Position numbers and translations under genes: made by a program. From the NCBI GenBank assembly GCA_963813155.1, contig CAWEYG010000001.1, positions 576,001 to 640,000 on the forward strand: a stretch of 64,000 nt of DNA. Direction: 5' to 3'. Of the stretch, positions 51,573 through 60,914 are shown in pieces. The stretch's first letter is position 1, and every line of letters begins with the position of its first letter. The notes beneath the pieces are model-generated. The model saw only the letters and a program-made list of their open reading frames with translations. It did not search any database and was not told where the DNA came from. Source of the stretch: an uncultured Acidobacteriota bacterium. Lineage in GTDB: Bacteria; Acidobacteriota; Thermoanaerobaculia; UBA5066; DATFVB01.

Positions 51573-52112
51573 CGCCGGACTTCTCGAATCAGGTCCCCGA
51601 CCGCGTCCAGGACCTCCGACGAAAAATCGGGCCCGGTCACGTCGAATTCGGCGCGCGTCTCGCCGGCCGGGTCGACGAGCAGGACGGTTCCAGGGGGAAC
51701 CGAGGCGGGGTCCCCGGAGAGAAACACCCAGCGCCCGGGCTTCGCGCCGAACTCCGTTGCGAGCTCCGACATCCGTCCCGGCTCCCGAAGCGCCGGATCC
51801 GAGACGAAGACCACCAGCACGACGCCCCGGGCTTTCTCGAGAGAGGTCTGGAGATCGGCCATCTTGAGTGCCAGGACCGCGCAGAACGAGCACTTCCCGG
51901 GGAACGAGCTCGCGAGCCAGATCGAGCCGCGCAGGTCGGCGCTCCGCCAGACCCTGCCGGACGCGTCGGACAGCGCAAACTCCGGGAATCTGCCGAATCG
52001 GGGAAGATGGCTCGACCGGCCGCACGGAAATCCCCCGAAGGTAAATTCCCGCCGCCGCGAGGAGGATCAGGAAAGCGCCCGAGGCGACGTGCAGCCGAAC
52101 TCTCGAATTCAA
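51569..52112 (-). CDS. SCO/thioredoxin-fold membrane-anchored protein (frameshift near 52020-52040)
   Basis: TM anchor, then PEFALSDASG...DLRGSIW...CSFC...WVFLSG...LLVD. Confidence 0.65.
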
Positions 52113-52134
52113 CGGGTCACGCTACCATGCTCGC

Positions 52135-52251
52135 CCGAGCGGGTGGTGCGGGGCGAGACTCCCGTTTACCGCTCGCGACGCCGGTGTAGCAAAGTCCTCA
52201 GGCTCGCGGCGAGCGGAAAAGAGGAGCGAGCCCCGCGACAGGACCCGCCCG
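52135..52251. repeat. 117-bp palindromic intergenic element, copy 2
   Basis: Near-identical to 46854-46970; lies just downstream of oxidase subunit III. Confidence 0.9.
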
Positions 52252-52274
52252 GCTGAGCCGGCATTGAAAGCCCC

Positions 52275-52868
52275 TCAGATGAGATAAATGACCGTGAACA
52301 GGATGATCCACACGAGATCGACGAAATGCCAGTACAGCCCGACGTTCTCGATTCCCTCGTGGTCGTGGTCGTAGCCGCCGCGGAACGCCCGGATCGTCAC
52401 GAAGCTCATGCAGATGACGCCGCAGAGAACGTGGAATCCGTGAAAGCCCGTCGTCGTGAAGAAGACCGACCCGAACAGGCTCTTGTGCGGCGTGAAGTGC
52501 TCGACGAAGAGCAGGTGGTGATACTCGAAGACCTGAACGCCCAGGAAGCTGGCGCCGATCAGCGTCGTCGCGAGGAGAAACATCCGGCATTTCCGCATCT
52601 CGCGGTTCTGCGCGGCCGACAGCGCGAGCACCATCGTGACGGACGAGCAGATCAGAAGGAACGTGTTGAACGCCGTCAGCGGAACGTTCAGGATCGTGCT
52701 CGGCACCGGCCACATCGCCGACCCGAACCGGAGAACGATGTAGCCCCCGATCAACCCCGTGAAAAACATCACCTCGGAGCAGAGGAACACCCACATCCCG
52801 AGCTTCTTGTTCGGAAGGCCGACCCCCGCCTCGGTCTCCATCGCGTGCGTTGCGGTCATCGCATCCAT
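52275..52868 (-). CDS. ctaE: Cytochrome c oxidase subunit III
   Basis: WVFLCSEVMFF, TGFHGFHV, YWHFVDLVW. Confidence 0.93.
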   Translation of the reverse strand: MDAMTATHAMETEAGVGLPNKKLGMWVFLCSEVMFFTGLIGGYIVLRFGSAMWPVPSTILNVPLTAFNTFLLICSSVTMVLALSAAQNREMRKCRMFLLATTLIGASFLGVQVFEYHHLLFVEHFTPHKSLFGSVFFTTTGFHGFHVLCGVICMSFVTIRAFRGGYDHDHEGIENVGLYWHFVDLVWIILFTVIYLI

Positions 52869-52899
52869 TTCATCTCCTCGATTTTCACGTTTGCTTTCC

Positions 52900-53229
52900 T
52901 CATCGCGGCGGCATGACCGTCGAGGGCGAGTGGAAGAGCCATTGCATCATGTTGGCGAAGACCAGGATCATCGCGAGTACGAACGTCAGGCTGATCGTGA
53001 TTCCGAGGCTCACCCGTTCGAACCGAAGGTGCATGAAATAGAGGGCGACGAGCAGCGCCTTCACGATCGCCATTCCCACGAGGAGCACGATCATCTCCCC
53101 CTTGGGAAGCGTGAGCTTCAGCGAGGCCAGGACCTCGAGGACCGTCAGAACGAGAAGCCAGGCCCAGATCTTCCAGTAGAACGCCGGCTTCGGGTGCGCC
53201 GCGTGCTCCGCGGGATCCATCACGTCCAT
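52900..53229 (-). CDS. Cytochrome c oxidase subunit IV family protein
   Basis: LLVLTVLEV...KALLVALYFMHLRFE. Confidence 0.88.
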   Translation of the reverse strand: MDVMDPAEHAAHPKPAFYWKIWAWLLVLTVLEVLASLKLTLPKGEMIVLLVGMAIVKALLVALYFMHLRFERVSLGITISLTFVLAMILVFANMMQWLFHSPSTVMPPR

Positions 53230-53441
53230 GAACTCTCTCCTTCCCCTCGGTGCTCCGCACCGTTCACAAAGAGTTCCGAATGCAGAACGGTCCGCGACTT
53301 CCGGCCGTTCTGCGCGATGAAGCAGGCCGCCCCGAGTCCCAGAAACGTAATCACCGCCGCGATGACCCACGCGGTCCGCCGAAGCCGCCTTCGGAGCTCC
53401 GGAGACCGCTCTTCGCCGGCGACTTCTTCGACGGTCTTCAT
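53220..53441 (-). CDS. Small single-TM hypothetical protein in the oxidase operon
   Basis: ATGA-coupled to ctaB; TAWVIAAVITFLGLGAACFI. Confidence 0.55.
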   Translation of the reverse strand: MKTVEEVAGEERSPELRRRLRRTAWVIAAVITFLGLGAACFIAQNGRKSRTVLHSELFVNGAEHRGEGESSWT

Positions 53442-54337
53442 GACACCTTGTCCCAGTACGCGAGCGTCAACAGCACCGGAAGATACAGGATCGACGACCA
53501 GAAGAGCCACTTCGCCGAGGCCGTCGACCGGCGGATCGCAAACACGAGAGCGGCGGCGGCGAACGCCACGCCGCAGAAAACCGCGCCTCCAAAATAGACG
53601 CGGCCCGTGATTCGCAGGGCCGCGAGGCCGATCGACACCGGAAGCAGCGTCGCGGCGTAGAGAAACGCCTGCCGTCCGGTCGAGCCCCCGTCCGGCTCGA
53701 GAACGGGAAGCATCGGAAATCCGGCGCGCGCATAGTCCTGGCGGTACAGCCAGGCGATCGCGAGGAAGTGCGGCATCTGCCAGAGGAAAAGGATCGTGAA
53801 AAGCACCCACGCTCCGGGCTCGATCCTGCCGGCGCCGGCCGCCCACCCGATCATCGGCGGAATCGCGCCCGGGATCGCCCCGACGACGGTCGCGAGCGAA
53901 GTCACCCGCTTGAGGGGCGTGTAGACGAGGACGTAGAGAAGGAGCGATCCGGCGGCGAGCGCCGCGGCGACGGCGTTGACGGCCAGAAGGAGCTGCAGGA
54001 TGCCCGCGATCGACAGCGCGAACGCGAAGATCAACGCGGGAATGACGTCGATCCGGCCCGACGGGAGAGCTCGCTGCGCCGTCCGCCGCATGCGGGCGTC
54101 GAGGTCGCGCTCCCAGACCTGGTTGAACGCCGCGGCCCCTCCCGCGACGAGGCCCGTGCCGACGAGCGCCCAGAGGAGGACGGAGGGCTCGGGGACGCGT
54201 TTCGCCAGGAGGTAGCCGAGGCCGGTCGTCACGAGCACGAGCGTGTTCACCCGGGGCTTCGCGAGCGAAACGAAGTCGCCCCACTTTCCGCGCGCGGCGG
54301 CCATCGGAGCCTGGGCGACCGGGGGAATCGAGCTCAT
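53438..54337 (-). CDS. ctaB: Heme o synthase (protoheme IX farnesyltransferase)
   Basis: LAKPRV, ERDLDARMRRT, YTPLKR, WQMPHFLAI. Confidence 0.95.
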   Translation of the reverse strand: MSSIPPVAQAPMAAARGKWGDFVSLAKPRVNTLVLVTTGLGYLLAKRVPEPSVLLWALVGTGLVAGGAAAFNQVWERDLDARMRRTAQRALPSGRIDVIPALIFAFALSIAGILQLLLAVNAVAAALAAGSLLLYVLVYTPLKRVTSLATVVGAIPGAIPPMIGWAAGAGRIEPGAWVLFTILFLWQMPHFLAIAWLYRQDYARAGFPMLPVLEPDGGSTGRQAFLYAATLLPVSIGLAALRITGRVYFGGAVFCGVAFAAAALVFAIRRSTASAKWLFWSSILYLPVLLTLAYWDKVS

Positions 54338-55368
54338 CGCGCGCCTCCCGCCGCGATCCGCGACGGCCGGACGCCCGCGGCGCGCCCTTCCAGGAACGCT
54401 TCCCGGAAGACGAAGATCGACATTCCCGCCGCGCACGCGAGCAGGACCGCGCCCAGCGTCTGGTGCGCGACCGTCACGGGCACGGCCTTCCTCGTCCAGA
54501 TCGAAAAGGCGCCGAGCAGCACCTGGAGCGGAAGCAGGATCGCCAGGAAACGGGCGGCGCGCCGGGCGCCGGAGCTCGCGCTGCGGCGAAAAACGAGGGT
54601 AACCGCCGTGAATACCGTTGCCGCGACGACGAGCGCCCACACACGATGGGCGAAATGAATCGCGATCTTCGAATTCCAGTGATCCGGGAGGACCGCGCCG
54701 AACGAGAAGGGAAAATCCGGAATCGCGAGGCCCGCCGCGCTGTGGCGCATCCAGGCGCCGAGCACGAGCTGGACGTAGAGGACGGTGAAGCAGGCGATCG
54801 AGGCCGTGGCGGCGGCGTTCCGCTCGGCAAATGCTCTCGACCGCTCGGCCGCAGTTCGCTTTCCCTCGGGTCTCGAGCCCAGCCTGCGCGAAACGCCGCT
54901 CATCGCCGGGTTCTCGTCGGCGTGAACGCCGGTGTCGCTCCAGCTCCTGCTCGTGAAGATCGCTATCGCGAGCGTCAGGCAGAAGAACGTCTGCGCGAGG
55001 CAGGCGTGCGCGACCGAGATCGGCGTGGGGAGAAGGTACTTGACGGTCAATCCTCCCAACACGCCCTGGAGAACGACCGCGAAGACGGCGACTCCACCGA
55101 GGACTCTCATCCAGCGCCGCCCGTCGGCGATCAGGATCCAGACCGCGAGACCGACCGTGAGAATTCCGACGGTCGCGGCGATCAGCCGGTGGGAATGTTC
55201 GAACAGGATCCCGCCGACCCAGTGCGAGGGGGGAAACGTGAACATGTTCTGGCCGTACGTCGTCGGCCAGTCCGGAACCGAAAGACCCGACTCCGTCGAG
55301 GTGACGAGGCCGCCCGCGATGAGCAGCAGGAACGTCGCCGCGAAGAGCGTCTTCGCCAGAGCGGCCAT
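54334..55368 (-). CDS. ctaA: Heme A synthase (COX15/CtaA)
   Basis: GLSVPDWP, EHSHRL, QGVLGG, HFAHR. Confidence 0.92.
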   Translation of the reverse strand: MAALAKTLFAATFLLLIAGGLVTSTESGLSVPDWPTTYGQNMFTFPPSHWVGGILFEHSHRLIAATVGILTVGLAVWILIADGRRWMRVLGGVAVFAVVLQGVLGGLTVKYLLPTPISVAHACLAQTFFCLTLAIAIFTSRSWSDTGVHADENPAMSGVSRRLGSRPEGKRTAAERSRAFAERNAAATASIACFTVLYVQLVLGAWMRHSAAGLAIPDFPFSFGAVLPDHWNSKIAIHFAHRVWALVVAATVFTAVTLVFRRSASSGARRAARFLAILLPLQVLLGAFSIWTRKAVPVTVAHQTLGAVLLACAAGMSIFVFREAFLEGRAAGVRPSRIAAGGAR

Positions 55369-57143
55369 CAGTGAGACGGCAGGGGGGCCGGCGCGGGCTG
55401 CGTCTGCGGCAGGTAGTCCTGCGCCATGCCCGGGACGCTGTACTCGTACGGCCCGTGGTACACGATCGGAATCTGGGCAAAGTTCTCGTGCGGAGGCGGC
55501 GAGCTCGTCTGCCACTCCAGCGTGTTCGACTTCCAGGGATTGTCGCCGACCCGCTCTCCCTTCCGGAGGCTCCAGAAGAAGTTCGCGATCAGGATCAACT
55601 GGGAAACCCCGAGCGCGAAAGCCGAGAACGACATGAAGATGTTCATCGGCTGAAGGCCCTTCAGGTGCGTGTACTGCGTGTAGTCGTAGATGCGGCGCTG
55701 CATCCCGCGCATGCCGAGGATGTGCATGGGAAACATCACGCCGTTGAAGAAAATGAACGTGAGCCAGAAGTGAACCTTGCCCCACGTCTCGTTCATCATG
55801 CGCCCGAACATCTTGGGGAACCAGAAGTAGAGCCCCGCGAACGCGCCGAAGAGAGAACCGCCGAACAGCACGTAGTGAATGTGCCCGACGATGAAGTACG
55901 TGTCGTGGATGAAGATATCGACCGGCGTCGACGCCATGAAGATGCCCGACAGGCCGCCGATCGCGAACATCGCGACGAAGGCGATCGCGTTCAGCATCGG
56001 CGTCGTGAAGTGGATCTGGCCGCGCCACAGGGTCCCCAGCCAGTTGAACGTCTTGATCGCCGACGGCACCGCGATCACCATCGTCGAGATCATGAACGTC
56101 GTTCCGAGATACGGGTTCATGCCCGACTGGAACATGTGGTGGCCCCACACGATCCAGCCGAGACCCGCGATCGCGCACATCGCGTACGCCATCGAGCGGT
56201 ACCCGAAGATCGGCTTGCGCGCGAAAACCGCGATCACGTCCGACACGATTCCCATCGACGGGAGGATCATGATGTACACCTCGGGGTGCCCGAAGAACCA
56301 GAAGAGGTGCTGCCAGAGGAGCGGCTGGCCCCCGCCGGCGTTCGTCCACGCGGTCCCCGAAACGACCATGCCGGCCGGCAGGAAGAACGTCGTGCCGAGA
56401 ACGCGGTCGAAGAGAAGCATGATCATCGCGGCCGAAAGCACGGGAAGCGCGAGAAGGAGCAGAACGGCGTCGATGAACAGCGCCCACACCGTCAGCGGCA
56501 TCCGGAAGAAGTGCATCCCCGGCGCGCGGAGGTTGACGACCGTCGTGATGAAGTTCACGGATGTGAGAAGCGAAGACAGGCCCATGAACAGCAGGGAAAG
56601 CAGCCAGATCGTCTGTCCCCGCGGCTGGATCGCGGAAAGGGGCGCGTACGAGGTCCAGCCCGATTGCGCGGCGCCGCCCTCGACGAAGAACGAGTAGATG
56701 ATGAGGAATCCGCCCGGCACCGCCGTCCAGAAGGACATCATGTTGAGCCGCGGGAAGGCCATGTCGCGGGCGCCGATCTGCAGCGGAACGACGTAGTTTC
56801 CGAACGCGCCGATGAGCAGGGGCATGATCGCGAAAAAGATCATGATCGTCGCGTGCATCGTGAAGAGCGAGTTGTAGAACTCCGGCAGCATGATCCCGCC
56901 CGGCATACCGGACGGCGCGATTTTCCCCATGAACGCGAGCGGCCGGCCCGGGAACGCCATCTGCCAGCGGACGAGCATCGCGAGCAGGCCGCCGACGACG
57001 AGCATCATCAGGCTGTAGCCCATGTACTGAATTCCGATCACCTTGTGATCGATCGAAAAAACGTACTTGCGCCAGAACGACGTCGGAGCCGCGTGGACTC
57101 CGGGGGCATGCGCGGCGGGATGGACGGCGGCCGTGTCACTCAT
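55368..57143 (-). CDS. ctaD: Cytochrome c oxidase subunit I, type A1
   Basis: DHKVIG, WFFGHPEVY, WGHHMF, GHIHYV. Confidence 0.97.
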   Translation of the reverse strand: MSDTAAVHPAAHAPGVHAAPTSFWRKYVFSIDHKVIGIQYMGYSLMMLVVGGLLAMLVRWQMAFPGRPLAFMGKIAPSGMPGGIMLPEFYNSLFTMHATIMIFFAIMPLLIGAFGNYVVPLQIGARDMAFPRLNMMSFWTAVPGGFLIIYSFFVEGGAAQSGWTSYAPLSAIQPRGQTIWLLSLLFMGLSSLLTSVNFITTVVNLRAPGMHFFRMPLTVWALFIDAVLLLLALPVLSAAMIMLLFDRVLGTTFFLPAGMVVSGTAWTNAGGGQPLLWQHLFWFFGHPEVYIMILPSMGIVSDVIAVFARKPIFGYRSMAYAMCAIAGLGWIVWGHHMFQSGMNPYLGTTFMISTMVIAVPSAIKTFNWLGTLWRGQIHFTTPMLNAIAFVAMFAIGGLSGIFMASTPVDIFIHDTYFIVGHIHYVLFGGSLFGAFAGLYFWFPKMFGRMMNETWGKVHFWLTFIFFNGVMFPMHILGMRGMQRRIYDYTQYTHLKGLQPMNIFMSFSAFALGVSQLILIANFFWSLRKGERVGDNPWKSNTLEWQTSSPPPHENFAQIPIVYHGPYEYSVPGMAQDYLPQTQPAPAPLPSH

Positions 57144-57913
57144 TACTTCGACTCCGTTTTGTTTTCCGCGGCGGTCTCCGCCAGCCACTTCTGAAAGTCT
57201 TCCGGCGAGTCCACGGTCAGGTATCCCTTCATTTTATAGTGCCCGAGGCCGCACAGCTCCGCGCAGGCGATCTCCCAGTGGCCCGTGTGCTTCGCCTGGA
57301 CCCACACCCGCGTCGTCATGCCGGGAACGGCGTCCTGCTTGATGCGAAATTCCGGCAGAAAGAACGAGTGGATGACGTCCTTCGAGTGGAGCGAGATCAG
57401 CGCCGGCTTGTCGACCGGAAAATGGAGCTGATTCAGCGTGACGATGTCGTCCGCCGTGTTGAGCACGCCGTCGGGGCCCGGGTACCGGATGTTCCAGGCA
57501 AATTGTTCCGCGGTGATGTCGATCACCGTGCCCTGCGTCGGGAAGTGATTTCGGATGTAGGCCCAGGAGTCCTGCGACATGACGGCGAGCAAAACGAGAA
57601 CGATCGCGGGAATGATCGTCCAGATCACCTCGAGGCGATTGCTCCCGTGCGTGTACGTCGCCTTTCCGCCCGGTTTCGCCCGGTACTTGAAGACGAAGAC
57701 CAGCAGTGTGATCTCCACGAGGAAGAAGACGATGCCGGTGATCCAGAGGATCAGGTTGAAGAGGCCGTCGATCCGCCCCGCGTACGTCGAGGCCTGCTCG
57801 GGAAGCTGCCACGGAGCCGACGGCTCGCTCGCGGCGGAAAGGAGAGACGGCGCCGCCAGCAGGGCGGCGCCGAGAATCAAACTCATCCAGAGGACGCGGC
57901 GATCTCTCATCAC
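57143..57913 (-). CDS. ctaC: Cytochrome c oxidase subunit II (CuA, no fused cytochrome c)
   Basis: LEVIWT, DVIHSF, CAELCGLGHYKM. Confidence 0.96.
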   Translation of the reverse strand: MMRDRRVLWMSLILGAALLAAPSLLSAASEPSAPWQLPEQASTYAGRIDGLFNLILWITGIVFFLVEITLLVFVFKYRAKPGGKATYTHGSNRLEVIWTIIPAIVLVLLAVMSQDSWAYIRNHFPTQGTVIDITAEQFAWNIRYPGPDGVLNTADDIVTLNQLHFPVDKPALISLHSKDVIHSFFLPEFRIKQDAVPGMTTRVWVQAKHTGHWEIACAELCGLGHYKMKGYLTVDSPEDFQKWLAETAAENKTESK

Positions 57914-57920
57914 CTTGAGC

Positions 57921-58751
57921 TTAGGAGGCCTTGTAGCTGAAGTCCGCCGTCTTGGCTTCCGAGCCGGTCACGGTGACGTTCTGGTCCTGCGGCCCGAATT
58001 TCTCCTGCCACGACTCGATCACGTAGGTTCCCGGCGGAAGGCCCGTGATCTTGTAGTTTCCGTCCTTGTCGGTCACCGCGAAAAACGGATGGTCGAACAC
58101 GCCGCAATACGACGACATCCACTTGTGGACGTCGCACTTGATGTGGAAGGGCGGCAGCTCGGCCTTGTCGAACACTTTTTCCTGGGTCATGCCCTTGATC
58201 GGCATGCCGATGTTGAACTGCGCGTTGACGGCCGGAAGCGGGTGAATGTTGTGGAGCGTCGAATCGCTGTTGACGATCTTGACCTTCTGCCCGGCGCGCA
58301 CGCCGAAGACGTGCGGCGAGTACATGCAGCCCTGCTGGTCCAGGGTCACCGGATCGCTCGGAACGGGATACTTCGTCCCGGCCGGCACGCCGCTCTTGAC
58401 GAAAACCATCGCCCACTGGAGGGCGCCGTTGTTCGCAACGACTTCCTGCGACTCGACGGGCGTCGTGTGCATCGACTTGCAGTAGTTGTCGGCGTCCATC
58501 TTGAGCTTCTCCATCGCGGGAGCGTTCCCGGCGAGGGAGACCTTGCCGGAGATCGTCGCTCCGCCGGCCGCAGCCGCGGCAGCAGCGGGAGCGCCGGCGG
58601 CCACCGTCGTGGTGGTCGTCGTTGCTGTTGCGGTCGTCGCGCTCTTCTCTTCAAACGCGGGAGTCTCTTCTTTCGCTCCGCCGCCGCAGCCCACGGCGAG
58701 AATCGGAAGCGCGGCCACGGCCGCCAGCCAGAAATACTTTCGGTTGGACAT
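57921..58751 (-). CDS. Lipoprotein with cupredoxin-like and carboxypeptidase-regulatory-like domains
   Basis: LAVGC lipobox; DQQGCMYSPH, HNIH, KCDVHKWM, HPFFAVT. Confidence 0.82.
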   Translation of the reverse strand: MSNRKYFWLAAVAALPILAVGCGGGAKEETPAFEEKSATTATATTTTTTVAAGAPAAAAAAAGGATISGKVSLAGNAPAMEKLKMDADNYCKSMHTTPVESQEVVANNGALQWAMVFVKSGVPAGTKYPVPSDPVTLDQQGCMYSPHVFGVRAGQKVKIVNSDSTLHNIHPLPAVNAQFNIGMPIKGMTQEKVFDKAELPPFHIKCDVHKWMSSYCGVFDHPFFAVTDKDGNYKITGLPPGTYVIESWQEKFGPQDQNVTVTGSEAKTADFSYKAS

Positions 58752-58797
58752 TTTTTCGCTCCTCATTCCATATTCCCTTCCACCCGGTCGGTCTTGC

Positions 58798-58851
58798 TTG
58801 TGAAAATTGTCACAAAGCGCGGATGCTAGCACACGGGTCAAGGTCCTTCAA
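58798..58851 (-). promoter_or_regulatory. Oxidase operon promoter with a Rex/CRP-type palindrome
   Basis: Minus-strand TTGAAG-17-TAGCAT; TTGTGAAAATTGTCACAA at 58798-58815. Confidence 0.7.
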
Positions 58852-58884
58852 GGAAAAGCCCCCGTGCTATCGTCCTCCGCGATC

Positions 58885-59497
58885 ATGAAATTCGAAGCGA
58901 GCGGCGTCTCGAAGGCGTTCGAAGGGCCGCCAATCTTCCGGGACATCTCGATCTCGGCCGAGCGCGGCCTCGTCGCCGTGACCGGGCGCAACGGGAGCGG
59001 CAAGTCGACGCTCGTCAAGATCTTCGCGGGGTTGATGCGGCCGACGAAGGGGAGCGATCCGGATCCATGACGACAGCGGCGCTGCCGTCGAGGACGACCA
59101 TCGCCGGTTCGTCGGCTGGACTTCGCCCGAAGTCGAGTTTCCCGACGAGCTCACGGCGGAGGAAAACCTCCTGCTCCTCGCCCGCGCTGGCGGTATCGAC
59201 CGCTCAGGGCCGAGGTTGCGGGGCTTCTCGATTCCTTCGGCCTGGGGCGCCGAAGCTCGCGGCCGCAGGGTCGGCGAGTACTCCTCCGGCATGAAGCAGC
59301 GCGTGCGGCTCGCATTTTCGCTGCTCTTCGATCCGAAAATCCTGCTATGGGACGAACCGTTCGTGAACCTCGACGCGGAGGGGATCGCGGCCGCGCGGGA
59401 GCAGCTGGCGCGCCAGCGTGAGACGGGGCTCGTGTTCTTCGCCACGAACGTTCGCTCCGAGATCGAGAAGGCGGACCATGAGATCGCGCTTTCTTAG
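58885..59497 (+). CDS. ccmA: Heme exporter ATPase CcmA (frameshift near 59052)
   Basis: GRNGSGKST; YSSGMKQRVRLA; WDEPFVNLD; directly precedes ccmB. Confidence 0.8.
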
Positions 59498-60164
59498 CGA
59501 AACCGGCGCGATCTTCTCGCGCGAGGTGCGCCGCGAGCTGCGCCGCCGCTCGTCGATCACGGCGGTTCTCTTCTTCGCGGGGGCCTCGCTCATCCTGATT
59601 TCGTTTTCGCTCGCCTCCGTTGCGATGCCGGAGGCCGACCGCGGCAAGCTCCACTCGGGGGTCCTCTGGGTGCTTCTCTTTTTCTCCGCGGCCTCGGGCC
59701 TTCCTCGCTCCTTCGTACGCGAGGAAGAGTCGGGAACCGGCCTCGCTCTGCGAAAGGCCGCCGCGGCGGAGCCCGTCTTCGCGGGGAAGTTCCTGTTCAA
59801 CTACCTGCTGTTCCTCGCGATCGCGGCGCTCGCGGCGCCGCTCTACTGCGTTCTCCAGGGCTGGATGCCCACACATCCCTGGGCCTTCGCGGCCGTCCTG
59901 CTGCTCTCGGGTTACGGGCTCGCGTTCGTGTCGACTTTTCTGTCCGCGATCGTGTCCCGGGCGGGTCAGCGCGATCTGCTCTTCGTCCTCACGGCAGTGC
60001 CGCTCGTGCTGCCGCTCCTCCTCGCTGCGGTTTCCGCGTGCGCCCTCGCCTCGAGCGCCGACTCTCTCGCCGAGCTCGGTCCGTACTGGCGCGTTCTCGT
60101 CAGCTACGACGGCCTCGCGACGATCGCGGGATTCGTGCTCGTCCGCTTCGTGTGGGAGGGGTAG
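59478..60164 (+). CDS. ccmB: Heme exporter permease CcmB
   Basis: LPRSFVREEESGT, GKFLFN, PLVLPLL; about 6 TM helices. Confidence 0.88.
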   Translation: MRSRFLSETGAIFSREVRRELRRRSSITAVLFFAGASLILISFSLASVAMPEADRGKLHSGVLWVLLFFSAASGLPRSFVREEESGTGLALRKAAAAEPVFAGKFLFNYLLFLAIAALAAPLYCVLQGWMPTHPWAFAAVLLLSGYGLAFVSTFLSAIVSRAGQRDLLFVLTAVPLVLPLLLAAVSACALASSADSLAELGPYWRVLVSYDGLATIAGFVLVRFVWEG

Positions 60165-60175
60165 AGGGCTAGTTC

Positions 60176-60268
60176 ACCCTCTCCCCCTGTGGGAGAGGGT
60201 CGGGGTGAGGGGTAGGGGCTCGACCCCTCACCCGGCCTTCGGCCGGCCTCTCCCACAAGGGGAGAGGC
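60176..60268. repeat. CIR/RIME-like bipartite palindromic element
   Basis: CCCTCTCCCcctgtGGGAGAGGG-tcggggtgagggg...cccctcacccgg...CCTCTCCCacaagGGGAGAGG between convergent genes. Confidence 0.8.
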
Positions 60269-60278
60269 GAATTCGTTC

Positions 60279-60840
60279 CTACGCTGCGGGCTTCGTCGCC
60301 TTCTTCGGCGCGGCCTTCTTCTTCCCCTGCATCCCGCTCGGGTCGTCGGCCGGGTTGACGTACGTCAGCATGAACGGCCCCGTTCCGTGGACCTGAACGA
60401 CCGTCTCGCCCTTGGCCCACGCGAAATGGTGCATGTGCGCCGGCAGCGATACGAAGCTTCCGACCGGGAGCGTGACGCTGCCCTCGTCCTTCAAGCTCGT
60501 CGCCCATTCCCGCGTGGAACTCGCCGGAAATGACCGTCACCTTTTCCACCGTCGGATGCCAGTGCGGCATGATCTTGTAGCCGTCGGGCATCTGCAGCCG
60601 CACGGTGTACTGCCCCGCTTTGCCGGGATTGCCTTCCAGAACGGCCATCTTCGCTCCGGCCGCAAAGACCGGAGGCGCGGCCCCCCACTGGACGTCTCCC
60701 GGCGTGAGAATGACGGGCTTCTCCATCGATGCCATCTTGTGGGCGGGCTTCTTCGCGGCGGATTCGTCCGCGGCAAAGGCCATGGTCGCGGCGAAACCCG
60801 CGAGACACAGGAGAATTGCGGCCGCCTTGAGATTTTTCAT
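60279..60840 (-). CDS. Secreted cupin-domain protein (frameshift near 60495)
   Basis: Signal peptide; PHWHPTVE; PAHMHHFAW; QVHGTGPF. Confidence 0.82.
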
Positions 60841-60914
60841 GATGAGTCCTCCTTCGTTCTGGGCCTGATTTTACACCGACTCCTCGAACTATGATTCCCC
60901 GAGGAGGAACCGAC

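Noticed and set aside
46854-52251. Composite transposon or CRISPR array defined by the 117-bp repeats
   Set aside because: The enclosed genes are housekeeping (mqnE, lepB), there is no transposase or cas gene, and no repeat-spacer periodicity is visible anywhere in the window.
8226-60840. Frameshifts in GH44, the beta-propeller, YfhO-like, 34621-35870, SCO-like, ccmA and cupin genes as programmed frameshifting or pseudogenisation
   Set aside because: They are scattered single-base indels without slippery heptamers or in-frame stops, and they also hit genes likely to be needed (ccmA). Long-read consensus error is the simplest explanation; read remapping would decide.
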